Positions 53,070-63,516 are shown, numbered from the stretch's first letter. The stretch: 64,000 nt of DNA from Bdellovibrio sp. (GCA_037968775.1 JBBKWD010000072.1:11339-75338); one strand, 5' to 3'. The notes: generated by a model not told the origin, from the letters alone. A program made the numbers and translations.

Positions 53070-54290
53070 TCAGGCTTTCTTCAATTTTTCTTTCGCTAGT
53101 CTCTTGCCTAGCTCTACTCCGGGCTGGTTAAAGGCATCAATTTGCATAGCCTCGCCCAAACCCGCAACGACCAGCTGCCAGAACATAAATAGATATCCCA
53201 AGCCTTCTTCATCCAGGACTTTAGTCTTAAGACTGAATGTCGAAACTTTTTGTTCGTTTAAGGCCTCCTGTGTGGCCAATGCTTCTGCACGCAAAAGATC
53301 ACCCATCGTACGCCCCTCAAGATCCTGAGTTTCACCGAATTGAGCTTTTGCCAACCGCTGAGAACCAAACTCGGACTCCTCCACGCGTAAGAAAATTACG
53401 AATTTATCCAAGGCCCCTTCCATCACTTGCTGCAAAATCGAGTGTTGATCTGAGGCTCCAACTGCCCACATTGGAGTGCTTGCACGCGGTGCCGGCTTTC
53501 CGTCACGAGTTGTTTTTTTGGCTAAAGACTCCGCCCATAGTTGTTGAAACCAAGAACCGAAATTTTTAAGTCGAGAATTATAGAACCACAACAAAGTGAT
53601 CCACTCTTGTCGCTCGAAGCTTTGCAGAATCTGCGACATCGTTTGTGCGATCAAAGCCTCATCGTAACGGGCATGCTGCGCCCCTCTGCGAATTTTTTCT
53701 AAATCCAAACCAATGAATGCAGCAGGCACCATGCCTACAGGCGACAAGACCGAAAAACGCCCGCCCACATCTGCAGGAATTTCACATTGAGTGACGTTAT
53801 TCTTTTGGGCCCATTTAGTCAGAGTGTTTTCTTTGTTTTCAGAAATTACAACGCTGTGATCCGCTAACTTCAAAGACTCTTGTTGATAAATTTGATCTAA
53901 AAACTCTAAAGCGCATAAGGATTCAATTGTCCCACCCGACTTTGAAACAAAGGCCCAGCCGACCTCTTTAAGGTCGCCTAATTCTTCAATCAAAGTTTCA
54001 AACTCAAGCGCATCGACATTGTCGACAAAAAACAGTGTTTTGGAGCGGAAAGCTTCCGCTAAGACACGAGTGCCCAGCGAGCTCCCGCCGATTCCGACAA
54101 CCACAAGGCGGCGAAACTTACGAGCTAAAGCTTGTCCCACTTCGTGGGATTGCTGCCACAAGTGCATGCGTTCAACAAGTTGCGGAAATCCAATTTCAGA
54201 GCGCTTTAAAAAGCTCTGAAAAGCAGCTTCACATTTTGCGACTTGGTCAGCTTCTGATTTTTGACTGGCATGTGTGATCTCTAAAAACAT
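53070..54290 (-). CDS. pgi: Glucose-6-phosphate isomerase (short type)
   Basis: Motifs VVVGIGGSSLG and GGRFSVLSPVG, consistent with phosphoglucose isomerase SIS domains. Confidence 0.85.
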   Translation of the reverse strand: MFLEITHASQKSEADQVAKCEAAFQSFLKRSEIGFPQLVERMHLWQQSHEVGQALARKFRRLVVVGIGGSSLGTRVLAEAFRSKTLFFVDNVDALEFETLIEELGDLKEVGWAFVSKSGGTIESLCALEFLDQIYQQESLKLADHSVVISENKENTLTKWAQKNNVTQCEIPADVGGRFSVLSPVGMVPAAFIGLDLEKIRRGAQHARYDEALIAQTMSQILQSFERQEWITLLWFYNSRLKNFGSWFQQLWAESLAKKTTRDGKPAPRASTPMWAVGASDQHSILQQVMEGALDKFVIFLRVEESEFGSQRLAKAQFGETQDLEGRTMGDLLRAEALATQEALNEQKVSTFSLKTKVLDEEGLGYLFMFWQLVVAGLGEAMQIDAFNQPGVELGKRLAKEKLKKA

Positions 54291-54354
54291 GGCTCATCCT
54301 ATTCGTAAGGGAATCGATTCACCTTAGATGAAAGATTGAGCCAAGGCAACATTC

Positions 54355-55494
54355 CTAAGAAATTACCACATCTTCTTCGATACGATGGTAGCCCCGCCAT
54401 TCTTTCAGACGGCCACGAGGGCGGGCTCCCTCTTCGGGGTACTCAATAAGCACATAGGTCAACTTGGTAATTTTACCCAAGGAAACGATATCCAAGGAGG
54501 TGATTTCGGTCCAAGTTCCAGTATTGAAATATTCTTTTTCTTCCGTCCATTGACGGTATTGATAAACATGTGTGTGGCCGAATACGACAGTGTGGACGCG
54601 CTCATCGGAAAGAATCTTACGAGCGGACTCGCTGAGGTCTGGAAAAATCGCACTTTCTAAAATGACCTGAACAATTCTTTTGATCGACCACTGCCGCCTA
54701 GCATCTTTGGTCACAGCACTGCGTATAAAGTAACCCAGCGTCATAAAAAAAGAACTCACCATCACGCGCGTTTCATTGATTAACGCCCACCGCAACATCT
54801 TGCCGAAGGGGCGAATTTTATCAACGTGTGGATAACGCTGTTTAATCTTAAGCACCACTTCCAAAAAGAAGTGCGAACCAAATGGTAAATTCAAAATAGG
54901 CTCCACAAGATCCTTTTTTAAAAAAAACTTCTTGGGATCCATGCGATTTGCAGCCTCGTGCATATGCCCGTGCTCGATGTGAACGCCATCGAAAAAGTAG
55001 ACGATGTTTTTATAGCGAATGGGCGTTCCGATCACTTGATTCAAGTAAGCCCGGCAAGCTGGCCACAACATCCCCTGGTCATGATTTCCAACAATATATG
55101 TTAAAGAGTTCCCGGGCTTTGCAGCAAACTCTGCCAAGGCCTTAAAAACATTTTCATGTCCTTTTACAATGTCCTTGAGAATGTCAAGTGTCACAGCCTC
55201 TGTTATCACAGTCAGAATATGACCCTTGTAATCACACTGAAGAAAATTAAGAAAATCGCCGTTGATGATCAACTCGACTTCATAGTCTTTGTAAGTTCCT
55301 GTGGAGTAATAGTGAATGAATTCCACTAGCTTTTCACCATAGTAAAACTCTTCTAATGAGTTCAGTCCGCCTTTTTCTAAAAGCCGACCTTTTCCCAAGT
55401 GAAGATCACTGACAATAATTTTTATTTTTTTGACGGGAGCAGGCTTAACCACCACTGTGTTTTCGGAATTTTCGACTGTGGTAGGTGACTCCAT
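54355..55494 (-). CDS. Calcineurin-like metallophosphoesterase
   Basis: Motifs SDLHLGKG, NGDFLNF, GNHD and FGHTH in canonical order. Confidence 0.8.
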   Translation of the reverse strand: MESPTTVENSENTVVVKPAPVKKIKIIVSDLHLGKGRLLEKGGLNSLEEFYYGEKLVEFIHYYSTGTYKDYEVELIINGDFLNFLQCDYKGHILTVITEAVTLDILKDIVKGHENVFKALAEFAAKPGNSLTYIVGNHDQGMLWPACRAYLNQVIGTPIRYKNIVYFFDGVHIEHGHMHEAANRMDPKKFFLKKDLVEPILNLPFGSHFFLEVVLKIKQRYPHVDKIRPFGKMLRWALINETRVMVSSFFMTLGYFIRSAVTKDARRQWSIKRIVQVILESAIFPDLSESARKILSDERVHTVVFGHTHVYQYRQWTEEKEYFNTGTWTEITSLDIVSLGKITKLTYVLIEYPEEGARPRGRLKEWRGYHRIEEDVVIS

Positions 55495-55495
55495 A

Positions 55496-56851
55496 TTACT
55501 CAGCTTTCTTCAACGGAATGAGGTTCTCCTCATTGACCTCTAAATTCGATAGAGCCAAACGCAATGCGCGCTCTGTCCGTTTGAATTGGTCTTGATTCGC
55601 ATCGAGCGCCTTATTTAGTTCAAGGCATTTCTTACGATAATTATCAAGTTCCTGGGAAAGCTGATCAACCTTTCTTTTCTGCTCTAAGATATACTCATCT
55701 TTAGACCGAACAAGAGCGGCTTTTTCGGCACGTAATAGCTCCAAGCGGTTTTCTAGCTCTCGCTCACGCACACGAATTTTTTTAAAATCTGATCTAAGTC
55801 GAGTTTCTAGCTCCTCAACCTTGAGACGCGCCTTGGCAGCCTCATTCTCTTTAAACTGCAAACTGCCTTTCAAAACCAACATCTCGCTTTGTGCTGACTC
55901 TCGGTCCTCTTGACGGTCCTTTTCTGTCGCACCAATGCGAATTGCCAATTCATCTGCCCGGATGCGAATGATGTCCCCTGCTGAAGCGAGCTCTTCATTT
56001 TCACTGCGCAGCGCCTCGACTTCTTTTTCAAGTTCAAGAATACGTTGTTGGGCAATTTTTAAATTTTCTGCCTGCGCTAAACTTGCATCCACTGAAGTAA
56101 AAACATTCGCTGCACCCGCACGATTGCTGCCTCGAAAATGCCCGACACTTACTTTGACATCGACCTCTTGAGATTTGCGCTTGCCCATACGAGCATTCGC
56201 AAAGCCCTCAACGGCAATTGTCTTGTCGCTGCTCATCGATCCGGTGTGTGCAGACGGTGCATTTGTTTGATTTTCTAAAGGGATTGAAATTGTTCTGTCT
56301 TCCGGGCTCTCGCCGGAAGCCATTCCCACTGGTCGAGTCGATTCATCAAGCAAGGCCTCTGCCGAGGCTGCCTTATTTTTCTTTTTTGGCGTTGGAATTG
56401 GCGGCGCTTCGAGTTCATCCCGAGATTGATATCTCGCGTCGAGCGAAGGACCTTGGTAGCGCTGTTCTTCAGCGGATGGCGCATTGTAAATGCGCTCTGA
56501 AGCCGGCACCCCTTCCCATCCTTCAGGCACGCCGTCTTCGATAGGAGTCCCAAAGTCTTTTGAGTCGTCATCGTCATATGGCGTGTCCACTCCGCCACCG
56601 AACTCGGAAGAATCTAATTCATCTCCGAGGCCTTGTTCTAAATTGTCCCAAATATTTGCCACTCGAGAATTCGTTTGATCCACCCGATTTTCAGAGCTAT
56701 CAAGACCGCTGGGCATTCCCGCAAAACTGTCCTCATTCATTTGTCTTTTGGACGAATGAATAGACGATTCCGATTGGACACCTTTTAAGTCATCCATTAA
56801 TGACTCAATAAGATTTTCTGCAGCTGTCGATTTCTTTTTTCTTTTGCTCAT
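55496..56851 (-). CDS. Acidic disordered N-terminus + long coiled-coil protein
   Basis: Start moved to ATG 56851 (MSKRKKK). The C-terminal ~200 aa are heptad-rich (LELEKEVEALRSENEEL...). The stop abuts the phosphoesterase start. Confidence 0.6.
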   Translation of the reverse strand: MSKRKKKSTAAENLIESLMDDLKGVQSESSIHSSKRQMNEDSFAGMPSGLDSSENRVDQTNSRVANIWDNLEQGLGDELDSSEFGGGVDTPYDDDDSKDFGTPIEDGVPEGWEGVPASERIYNAPSAEEQRYQGPSLDARYQSRDELEAPPIPTPKKKNKAASAEALLDESTRPVGMASGESPEDRTISIPLENQTNAPSAHTGSMSSDKTIAVEGFANARMGKRKSQEVDVKVSVGHFRGSNRAGAANVFTSVDASLAQAENLKIAQQRILELEKEVEALRSENEELASAGDIIRIRADELAIRIGATEKDRQEDRESAQSEMLVLKGSLQFKENEAAKARLKVEELETRLRSDFKKIRVRERELENRLELLRAEKAALVRSKDEYILEQKRKVDQLSQELDNYRKKCLELNKALDANQDQFKRTERALRLALSNLEVNEENLIPLKKAE

Positions 56852-57375
56852 GGCTACTGTATGTATCGGATTTTTGGGGACTTCTCTTAAGCTTTCCGGG
56901 GATGCATGCCTCGATAACCCGACATTGGTCGGGTCGCAATTCAGCTTCTCACAATGAGACAGTACCGACTGACAGTACCGACTATTCCGTCGAATAATAA
57001 GACAACGCCTAGATCTTGGACTGTGATTCGTCTTCAAAGCTTATATAGACCTTATGGACAGCATCTTTCATGGCCGTAATTTTGCTGGAAAGAATGTTAG
57101 GGGGCTGCAAATGGAAAAATTCATGTACGAACGTCGACCCGTCTTTTATCTGTTCCTTGGCGCATGGTCCTCCATAAAAATACCCGACTCAAAGCTCGCT
57201 CTGCTCTCCGGATTGATGCTTTTGATTTGCGGGGCCTATGTGATTCACTTGAGACACGAATTTCGAAAATAGAAATAAAGGTTTGTCCTGAAAAGCGCTG
57301 GCGCACTTCTAAGTTCAAAAAAAAAGACTGAGATAACATCCCAGCCTTTTACATATTAGCTTTATGAACAAAGAA

Positions 57376-58284
57376 TTAAAGCGTGATGACCTTCTTGTAG
57401 TCACTCAAACGCTTTTCCAAATCACCCATTGTGACTTTTGAAAGTGCTTTCACAGAGAAATCTTGAATCGTATGACTGGCCATCATGGAACCCATGATAC
57501 AAGCCTGCTTCAAATTAGCATGTGTCGGTACGGTTTTTTGCGCAGCCAAATAACCAAAGAAACCGCCGGCAAAGGTATCACCTGCACCTGTGGGATCAAT
57601 AACAGTGGGGATCGGCATTGCTGGCAGAATGAAATAACCTTCAGCCTTTGAGTACATCGCAAAGCCGTACTCGCCACGTTTGATCACAACAGTTTTAGGT
57701 CCCATCTCTGTGATCAAAGGGGCTGCAGAAATAGCATTCGCAGCGCCAGTCAGCATTTTAGCTTCACCTTCGTTGATCAATACCAAATCGATTTTCTTAA
57801 GTACTTTTTTGATGGCATCTTCTTTAGTGGAAATCCAGAAGTTCATAGTATCCATACCAACAAACTTAGGCTCTTTCACCTGCTCTAGAACTTGCAATTG
57901 CAATTCAGGCGCGATGTTTGCCAAAAACACGAAAGAAGAATCTTTGAAATGCTCTGGCAATTGTGGATTAAAGTGTTCAAAAACATTGAGCTCCGTGCGC
58001 AAAGTTTTAGCTTCGTTCAAATCACCTTCGTAAGAACCTGCCCAATGGAAGGTTTTTCCGGGAACTTTTGAAAGGCCGCTTAAGTCCACGCCGCGAGAGT
58101 TCAACATGTCATAGTCTTTTTGGTCGTAGTCTTCGCCGACAACGCCCACAACACGCACTTTAGAAAACAATGACGCTGCTAAAGAGAAATAATTCGCAGA
58201 TCCACCAATGGCGCGATCTACTTTACCAGCAGGAGTTTCAATTGAGTCATAAGCTAAGCTTCCAACAACAAGAATTTCAGACAT
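57376..58284 (-). CDS. PfkB-family carbohydrate kinase
   Basis: N-terminal VVGSLAYD and C-terminal DPTGAGDTFAGGF motifs. Confidence 0.8.
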   Translation of the reverse strand: MSEILVVGSLAYDSIETPAGKVDRAIGGSANYFSLAASLFSKVRVVGVVGEDYDQKDYDMLNSRGVDLSGLSKVPGKTFHWAGSYEGDLNEAKTLRTELNVFEHFNPQLPEHFKDSSFVFLANIAPELQLQVLEQVKEPKFVGMDTMNFWISTKEDAIKKVLKKIDLVLINEGEAKMLTGAANAISAAPLITEMGPKTVVIKRGEYGFAMYSKAEGYFILPAMPIPTVIDPTGAGDTFAGGFFGYLAAQKTVPTHANLKQACIMGSMMASHTIQDFSVKALSKVTMGDLEKRLSDYKKVITL

Positions 58285-58295
58285 ATTTGATCCTT

Positions 58296-59492
58296 TTACT
58301 GTTTATTCAACTCTTGTGACTGTCCGTCCAAAAGTTCACGTTTATATTTTGGAAGTCCCGCCAATTTTGAATTGGAAATATCCATCACCTGAGGACGCTC
58401 TTTCATGGTCGTTAACTGTCCACAAGCAGCGAAGATATCGCGTCCCATTGAACGACGCAATAACACATGGGCTCCAAGACGCATCAGCTCAGAATGGAAG
58501 GCCTCAATGGCGGCATCCGTCGGACGCTCATAACCTGAACCCGGGTGTTCATTAAAGGGAATGATATTGATTTTGCAAGGCACATCTTTAACAAGTTTCA
58601 CCAATTGACGAGCATGCTCAATCTGATCCGTAACACCTTTAAGCAAAACATACTCGAACGTAATTTTGTCTTTAGTTGCTTGATAATGTTTTTTACAAGC
58701 TTCCAACAACTCTGCCACGGGCCAACGTTTATTGATCGGCATAACCTGGGAACGAATTTCATCCGTTGGTCCGTTTAAGCTCACCGCCAATCGAACTTTA
58801 GAGTTCGCCACGCGCCACATTTCAGGAACAATGCCCGAAGTTGAAACCGTGATTTTCTTGCGCGACAAATTGATGCCCCATGGGGAATGAATCACATCGA
58901 TCATCTTAAAGACAGCTTCAGGATTGTCCAAAGGCTCGCCCATGCCCATGAAGACCACGTTCGTCAGTCTTTGGCCCTCTTCGAGGCGATCATGAACTTG
59001 CATAAACTGCCCAATGATTTCTTCCGTGCGCAAACGACGCTTCAGTTTTTGTTTTCCAGTGAAACAAAACTTACAGGCCATATTGCAGCCGACTTCAGAA
59101 GAAATACACAGGGTCAAACGACCTTCAGAAGGAATCACCACGGCCTCAACCGAGTTGCCGTCTTTTACGTCAAAAAGAAATTTTTGTGTGCCGTCGACCG
59201 ACTTCAAATGCTGCAGCACCGGAGGCAATTCAAAGGACAATAAGTCAGGCATATCCGCACGGAATTGCTTCGACAAATTTGTCATTTGCTCGGGATCGGT
59301 AATTCGTTGCTCGTAAACCCATTTAAAGATTTGCTGGGCGCGGAATTGCTCTTTTCCTTTGCTCTTAATGTATTCTTTGAGGTCTTCCAAGGTCAGCGAG
59401 TAGAAATTCACTGCTTGGTTTTCGAGAGGCTTCGCGACATCGTCATCGGTATAGTTCACAGGCGCTAAAGCGCTGTCCGTGTTCAATTCCAT
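58296..59492 (-). CDS. rlmN: 23S rRNA/tRNA adenine-C2 methyltransferase RlmN (radical SAM)
   Basis: FRAQQIFKWVY N-terminal domain, CNMACKFCFTG cluster motif and a conserved C-terminal Cys (FAACGQL). Confidence 0.9.
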   Translation of the reverse strand: MELNTDSALAPVNYTDDDVAKPLENQAVNFYSLTLEDLKEYIKSKGKEQFRAQQIFKWVYEQRITDPEQMTNLSKQFRADMPDLLSFELPPVLQHLKSVDGTQKFLFDVKDGNSVEAVVIPSEGRLTLCISSEVGCNMACKFCFTGKQKLKRRLRTEEIIGQFMQVHDRLEEGQRLTNVVFMGMGEPLDNPEAVFKMIDVIHSPWGINLSRKKITVSTSGIVPEMWRVANSKVRLAVSLNGPTDEIRSQVMPINKRWPVAELLEACKKHYQATKDKITFEYVLLKGVTDQIEHARQLVKLVKDVPCKINIIPFNEHPGSGYERPTDAAIEAFHSELMRLGAHVLLRRSMGRDIFAACGQLTTMKERPQVMDISNSKLAGLPKYKRELLDGQSQELNKQ

Positions 59493-59731
59493 CTTGGGGC
59501 TCCTTGGGGCTTGTGACAGCCATGCTTGTTACAGCTGGGACCTTGTGGTCCCTTTAAAGTTAAAGGATGCGCGTTTGTAGCATAGCCCCCTGGTATTTCC
59601 TAGAAATTTAACAAATTGAAGGCCCCCTCAAAAAAGTTACAGGGGCAGAAAAGTCAAAAATGGCCATCAAAGCGATTATATAGCAAAACGGCCAATCAAC
59701 ATTTAAACGAGCTTCTAAAAGACCTAATGAA

Positions 59732-60760
59732 CTAATGCGCAGTTCGGATGTATTCGATGAGTTCTGGAATTTCACAAGGCACGCAGCCCACTTTACCGAC
59801 CACGACTCCGGCTGCGAAATTTGCGAGCATGCAGGACTGAACCAAGGTTAAACCCGACACCAAGCCCAAGGCCATCGTGGCAATTACGGTATCACCAGCA
59901 CCGGTCACATCGAAAACTTTGCGTGCATAGGTTGGAACTTCAGTGACGTCAGAGCCAGAGAAAATCGTCATGCCGTCTTTTCCACGAGTCAGAACGACCT
60001 CTTTAGCACCTGTGATTTTTTGCAGAGCATGTCCTACTTCGACAACTTTGTTGGGGTTGTCGCGAAGATCATCAAAATCCATATTGGCTAAGGCCACGGC
60101 CTCATCGTAATTGGGCTTAATTAAATCCACACCTTGATAAAAAGGACCTGAAGAGGTCTTATGTGGATCGACGAATACTTTTTTATTTTTTCGCTTACAA
60201 ATTTCGACTACTTTTTCAATTACGTTACGAGAAACCACACCCTTGGCATAGTCCTCGATCACCACGCAGTCGGCTTGATCGACATTTTTTTCGACGACAC
60301 TGATCATCTGACTTTCGACTTCTTCTGATAAATGACGACGGAGTTCGTAATCGACTCGCACCAGGTGATGGTGCTTTGCCATGATACGAGTTTTACGAGT
60401 TGTCGGACGCTTTACATCAGTTACCAAGTATTCAGAGCTCACGCCACTTTTGGCACAAAGTTCACGCATAAGGTTGGCCCCGGTGTCGTTGCCAACAACG
60501 GAAACCAGCATCGCCTGCCCACCCAAGCTGCAAACATTTTGGGCAACATTGGCAGCCATACCTAAACGGATGTCTTCTTCTTCGACTTCTAAAACAGGAA
60601 CGGGAGCCTCGGGGCTGATACGACGAACTTGACCCATAACATATTCATCCACGCAGACATCACCGATGATGAGAATTTTTTTACCCTTCAGCAAAGGAAT
60701 TTGGTCGATCAAAAGTTGTTTTTCTTGGGGACCTAGGCTGGCCTTTACGGGTGTTGTCAT
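59732..60760 (-). CDS. D-glycero-beta-D-manno-heptose-7-phosphate kinase-like (RfaE/HldE domain I, PfkB family)
   Basis: Start at ATG 60760. Motifs ILIIGDVCVDEY and DVTGAGDTVIATM. Confidence 0.7.
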   Translation of the reverse strand: MTTPVKASLGPQEKQLLIDQIPLLKGKKILIIGDVCVDEYVMGQVRRISPEAPVPVLEVEEEDIRLGMAANVAQNVCSLGGQAMLVSVVGNDTGANLMRELCAKSGVSSEYLVTDVKRPTTRKTRIMAKHHHLVRVDYELRRHLSEEVESQMISVVEKNVDQADCVVIEDYAKGVVSRNVIEKVVEICKRKNKKVFVDPHKTSSGPFYQGVDLIKPNYDEAVALANMDFDDLRDNPNKVVEVGHALQKITGAKEVVLTRGKDGMTIFSGSDVTEVPTYARKVFDVTGAGDTVIATMALGLVSGLTLVQSCMLANFAAGVVVGKVGCVPCEIPELIEYIRTAH

Positions 60761-60865
60761 TTTTTCATTCTCCCAGAGCTTATTTTTATCGGAACCGGGC
60801 CCTTCTGTCACCCTCTAACAAGGGGCGCTTGGCGGCAAGCCTGCCGGTGTGCTAAAAGGGGCCCT

Positions 60866-61750
60866 ATGTTTAGACCTCGCCCTTCCAAGTCAGGACCGAC
60901 CCCAAAAACCGACAAGGCCAAAAACCTGTCGAAAAACCTGATCTATCAGCCCGACTATATCACTCCGCGTGAAAAAGAAGAGATCTTAACTTACCTGCGA
61001 ACTCTGTATCCCATTTGGGAAATGCGCTATTCCAAAAACAATCCGCCGCCTGCCAATCAAAAACAACGACAGCTGTTGCGACCGGTTTATTGGTTAGGAA
61101 ATTGGCAGTTTGCTTGTTTGAATTATTATCATCCGCCTAAAGGCATATACGACCGCTGCGTTCAGGGCGAAACTTACCCACCCGTTTTGCAAAATATTGT
61201 AGATAAAATTGAACAGATGGTACGAGAGCAATTCGATCCCCGCGATGTCCCCCGTGATTGGCACTTGAACACCTGCTTGATTAATTATTACGGCAACCAA
61301 ACTCAAGAAGACGGCAAAAAAAATGACTGTGCTCGCGTGGGTGAACACAAAGACTTTGAACCCGGGCCTGTGGCATCAGTGTCTTTTGGCGAACGCGCTT
61401 TATTTCAATTTGTGTCTAGCCTTGGCACTGAAAGCAAATCCAATGTGGTCTTGCAACAATGGTTAGAAGATTCTTCTTTGCAAATTTTTGGCGGCGACAA
61501 GTTTAAAAAACATCATTTCCATCGCGTGCAAAGAGTCGACACCAAAGAGGGCTGGAACTTTGAATTGAATGACATTCAGAATTTTGAAACTCGCAGGATT
61601 AATTTCACGTTCCGCTATGTTCCCGATGATCATATTCTGCCATTTTTCAAAATTTCAGAAACGGCCCAAGAAGACGTTAATGGGTATATGGAGCAACTTG
61701 CGAAACGGTCTGATTTTTTCAAACGACAGTTGGAGTTTAAGAAATCTTAA
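60866..61750 (+). CDS. AlkB-like 2OG/Fe(II) dioxygenase
   Basis: Contains NTCLINYYG, GEHKDFE (HxD), SVSFGERALFQF and RINFTFR. Confidence 0.65.
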   Translation: MFRPRPSKSGPTPKTDKAKNLSKNLIYQPDYITPREKEEILTYLRTLYPIWEMRYSKNNPPPANQKQRQLLRPVYWLGNWQFACLNYYHPPKGIYDRCVQGETYPPVLQNIVDKIEQMVREQFDPRDVPRDWHLNTCLINYYGNQTQEDGKKNDCARVGEHKDFEPGPVASVSFGERALFQFVSSLGTESKSNVVLQQWLEDSSLQIFGGDKFKKHHFHRVQRVDTKEGWNFELNDIQNFETRRINFTFRYVPDDHILPFFKISETAQEDVNGYMEQLAKRSDFFKRQLEFKKS

Positions 61751-61757
61751 ACGCGCA

Positions 61758-61870
61758 TCTAATACATTTTTGAGCCCGATCCTACCCGCCGAAAATCGCG
61801 ACTCAAGTCTACATCCAAAAAAGATCAATATTTAAGCTCGCCACTTCCTCGGAAGATGATGTCTTTCACA
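61758..61870. repeat. Direct repeat copy 1 (degenerate remnant of a DUF4423-type gene 3' end plus downstream sequence)
   Basis: About 90 percent identical by eye to 63405-63516, including a 46-nt perfect core TTGAGCCCGATCCTACCCGCCGAAAATCGCGACTCAAGTCTACATC. Confidence 0.85.
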
Positions 61871-61901
61871 ACTTCCATTATTGAACGGTTTTGTCTTGGT
61901 C

Positions 61902-62279
61902 TTACCCTCGGCGCCCCTTCCGAATCGTTTGAATCAGGCAGCCAAAACAGGAAACAATAACCACTATTGCGACCATGATGTCGATACTCCGCAGAGGAAT
62001 ATCGACATAGCCCAGCTTATTCAATAAATAGGTGATATAAGAAGAAGGCAGGTTGGACTCCCCCAGGGCTTCTTTCACCCGCCACTGCCAGTCCGTCAGA
62101 AAGCAATATCCCCATCCATATACGGAGCCGAATCCAAACCAGGAGATCACTGTCAGACTTAAGGTAATTTGAGCCCATCGCAATGTTCGAGGAAAACACC
62201 AAAAGGTGGTATTGATCACAATAGCCATCAAATGGAGAAAATGAAAAAGATAATCGAGGCTGTGAAGAGCTATTTGCAT
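61902..62279 (-). CDS. DUF2784-like small membrane protein
   Basis: 125 aa with four hydrophobic helices. The CFLTDWQWRVKE segment is typical of that family. Confidence 0.55.
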   Translation of the reverse strand: MQIALHSLDYLFHFLHLMAIVINTTFWCFPRTLRWAQITLSLTVISWFGFGSVYGWGYCFLTDWQWRVKEALGESNLPSSYITYLLNKLGYVDIPLRSIDIMVAIVVIVSCFGCLIQTIRKGRRG

Positions 62280-62303
62280 TACAATGGCATTGATTTCTAA
62301 TCG

Positions 62304-63092
62304 CTAATTTAAAGGAGCGACCTCCTTTAAAAATACTAAAAGTGACTCCCATGATCGTTTATCAGCTTTTTCATTGTAGGCGGCCCCTTGTGATGGATCA
62401 TCCCCTGCACTGGGATCTGTAAAAGAGTGAACTGCGTTTCCGTAGGAAGTGAAAAGATAGTCGATTTGGGCCGCATCCATTTCTGACTTAAATTGAAAAA
62501 CCTCTGGGAGCGGAACGAAAGGGTCAATAGATCCGTGATGAACAGCAATAGGCATAGTCATATTCTGAATATCCTGTGGGTTGGGGTTGCTGAGCCCACC
62601 ATGAAAGCTGACCGCTCCAACAATGCCAGCACCCGCGCGGGCCATCTCCAAAGCCCCCATCCCTCCGAAACAATATCCGATAACGACAACTTTCGTGGCA
62701 ACAACTCGAGGATCTAATTTAATATGATTCAAAGCAGCCAGCTCCCTCTGCCTAAAAAGGGCGCGGTCAGATCTAAAAAGACCAGAAAGACGAGCTCGTT
62801 CGACTGGATCCACGGGTCGAATACCTTTGCCATAGACATCAATGGCAAAAGCAACATAGCCAGCTTCGGCAAGCATTTGCGCCCTCATTTTTTCGTAGTC
62901 GCCTAGGCCACCCCACTGATGAACAATTAGGACTGCCGGCCGAGGGGCGGAGTTTTGATCGTCATAGGCCAGAAAGCCCTCTAGCTCAGTGCTGCCATCC
63001 TTGTAATCCACAACTTCGGTTTTGATGGCTGCAAAGGCGCTGCCCGCGACCAACATCAATGAGACGAATAAATTGAATGTGGAAATTTTCAT
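62304..63092 (-). CDS. Secreted dienelactone hydrolase-family protein
   Basis: Signal peptide, IGYCFGG nucleophile motif (Cys type) and conserved His in NAVHSF. Confidence 0.8.
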   Translation of the reverse strand: MKISTFNLFVSLMLVAGSAFAAIKTEVVDYKDGSTELEGFLAYDDQNSAPRPAVLIVHQWGGLGDYEKMRAQMLAEAGYVAFAIDVYGKGIRPVDPVERARLSGLFRSDRALFRQRELAALNHIKLDPRVVATKVVVIGYCFGGMGALEMARAGAGIVGAVSFHGGLSNPNPQDIQNMTMPIAVHHGSIDPFVPLPEVFQFKSEMDAAQIDYLFTSYGNAVHSFTDPSAGDDPSQGAAYNEKADKRSWESLLVFLKEVAPLN

Positions 63093-63211
63093 ATTTCCTC
63101 CTGCATCGAATGATAGAGCGGAGGAATTCCAGGAGTCAAAACAGGGGTGGCGCCATTGGTAGAATACAGTGTTTGTTACCGGAGTCTGACAGTCACAAGC
63201 TAGCTAGAGAT

Positions 63212-63412
63212 TCAATTTTTTAAGTACTCTACCATAAGCGACTGATATTTTTTGCCATCTGCTTTTTGTTTTAAATTTGATTGCTCGCAAATATTTTCTG
63301 GAACTCGCAAACTAATTGCAGCAGTCGGCTCATCAATCTCGCTTGGCATCAGTCTGATGTCCTCCAGAAAGCGGACAACTTCATTTGGAGAAATTGCGGC
63401 AACCTCTAACAC
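63212..63412 (-). CDS. Small BrnA/CopG-like antitoxin-like protein (orphan)
   Basis: GTG start at 63412. The C-terminal ISLRVPENI...GKKYQSLMVEYLKN resembles the BrnA pattern (isiRl...GyQt.in..L). No toxin partner is visible. Confidence 0.4.
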   Translation of the reverse strand: MLEVAAISPNEVVRFLEDIRLMPSEIDEPTAAISLRVPENICEQSNLKQKADGKKYQSLMVEYLKN

Positions 63413-63516
63413 ATTCTTGAGCCCGATCCTACCCGCCGAAAATCGCGACTCAAGTCTACATCAAAAAAAGATCAATATTTAGATTCGCCACTTCCTCGGA
63501 AGGCGATGCTTTCACT
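63405..63516. repeat. Direct repeat copy 2 (spans the 3' end of the DUF4423-like gene and its downstream region)
   Basis: See copy 1. Positions 63456-63516 encode the last 20 codons of the gene below. Confidence 0.85.

Noticed and set aside
57054-57272. 72-aa ORF with two hydrophobic segments in the 338-nt intergenic region
   Set aside because: It could be a small membrane protein (MYERRPVFYLFLGAW...LLICGAYVI). However, there is no convincing ribosome-binding site and no family recognition, so I did not list it as a feature.
61758-61870. tRNA-fragment attachment site for an integrative element
   Set aside because: The repeat has no T-arm/acceptor-like sequence (no GGTTCGAATCC-type box or CCA end) and there is no integrase nearby. 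The repeat is better explained as the 3' end of a paralogous DUF4423 gene.
63212-63412. Complete BrnT/BrnA toxin-antitoxin system
   Set aside because: Only the small antitoxin-like ORF is present. The position where a toxin gene would sit is occupied by the direct repeat and the end of the DUF4423-like gene. The family call itself is weak.
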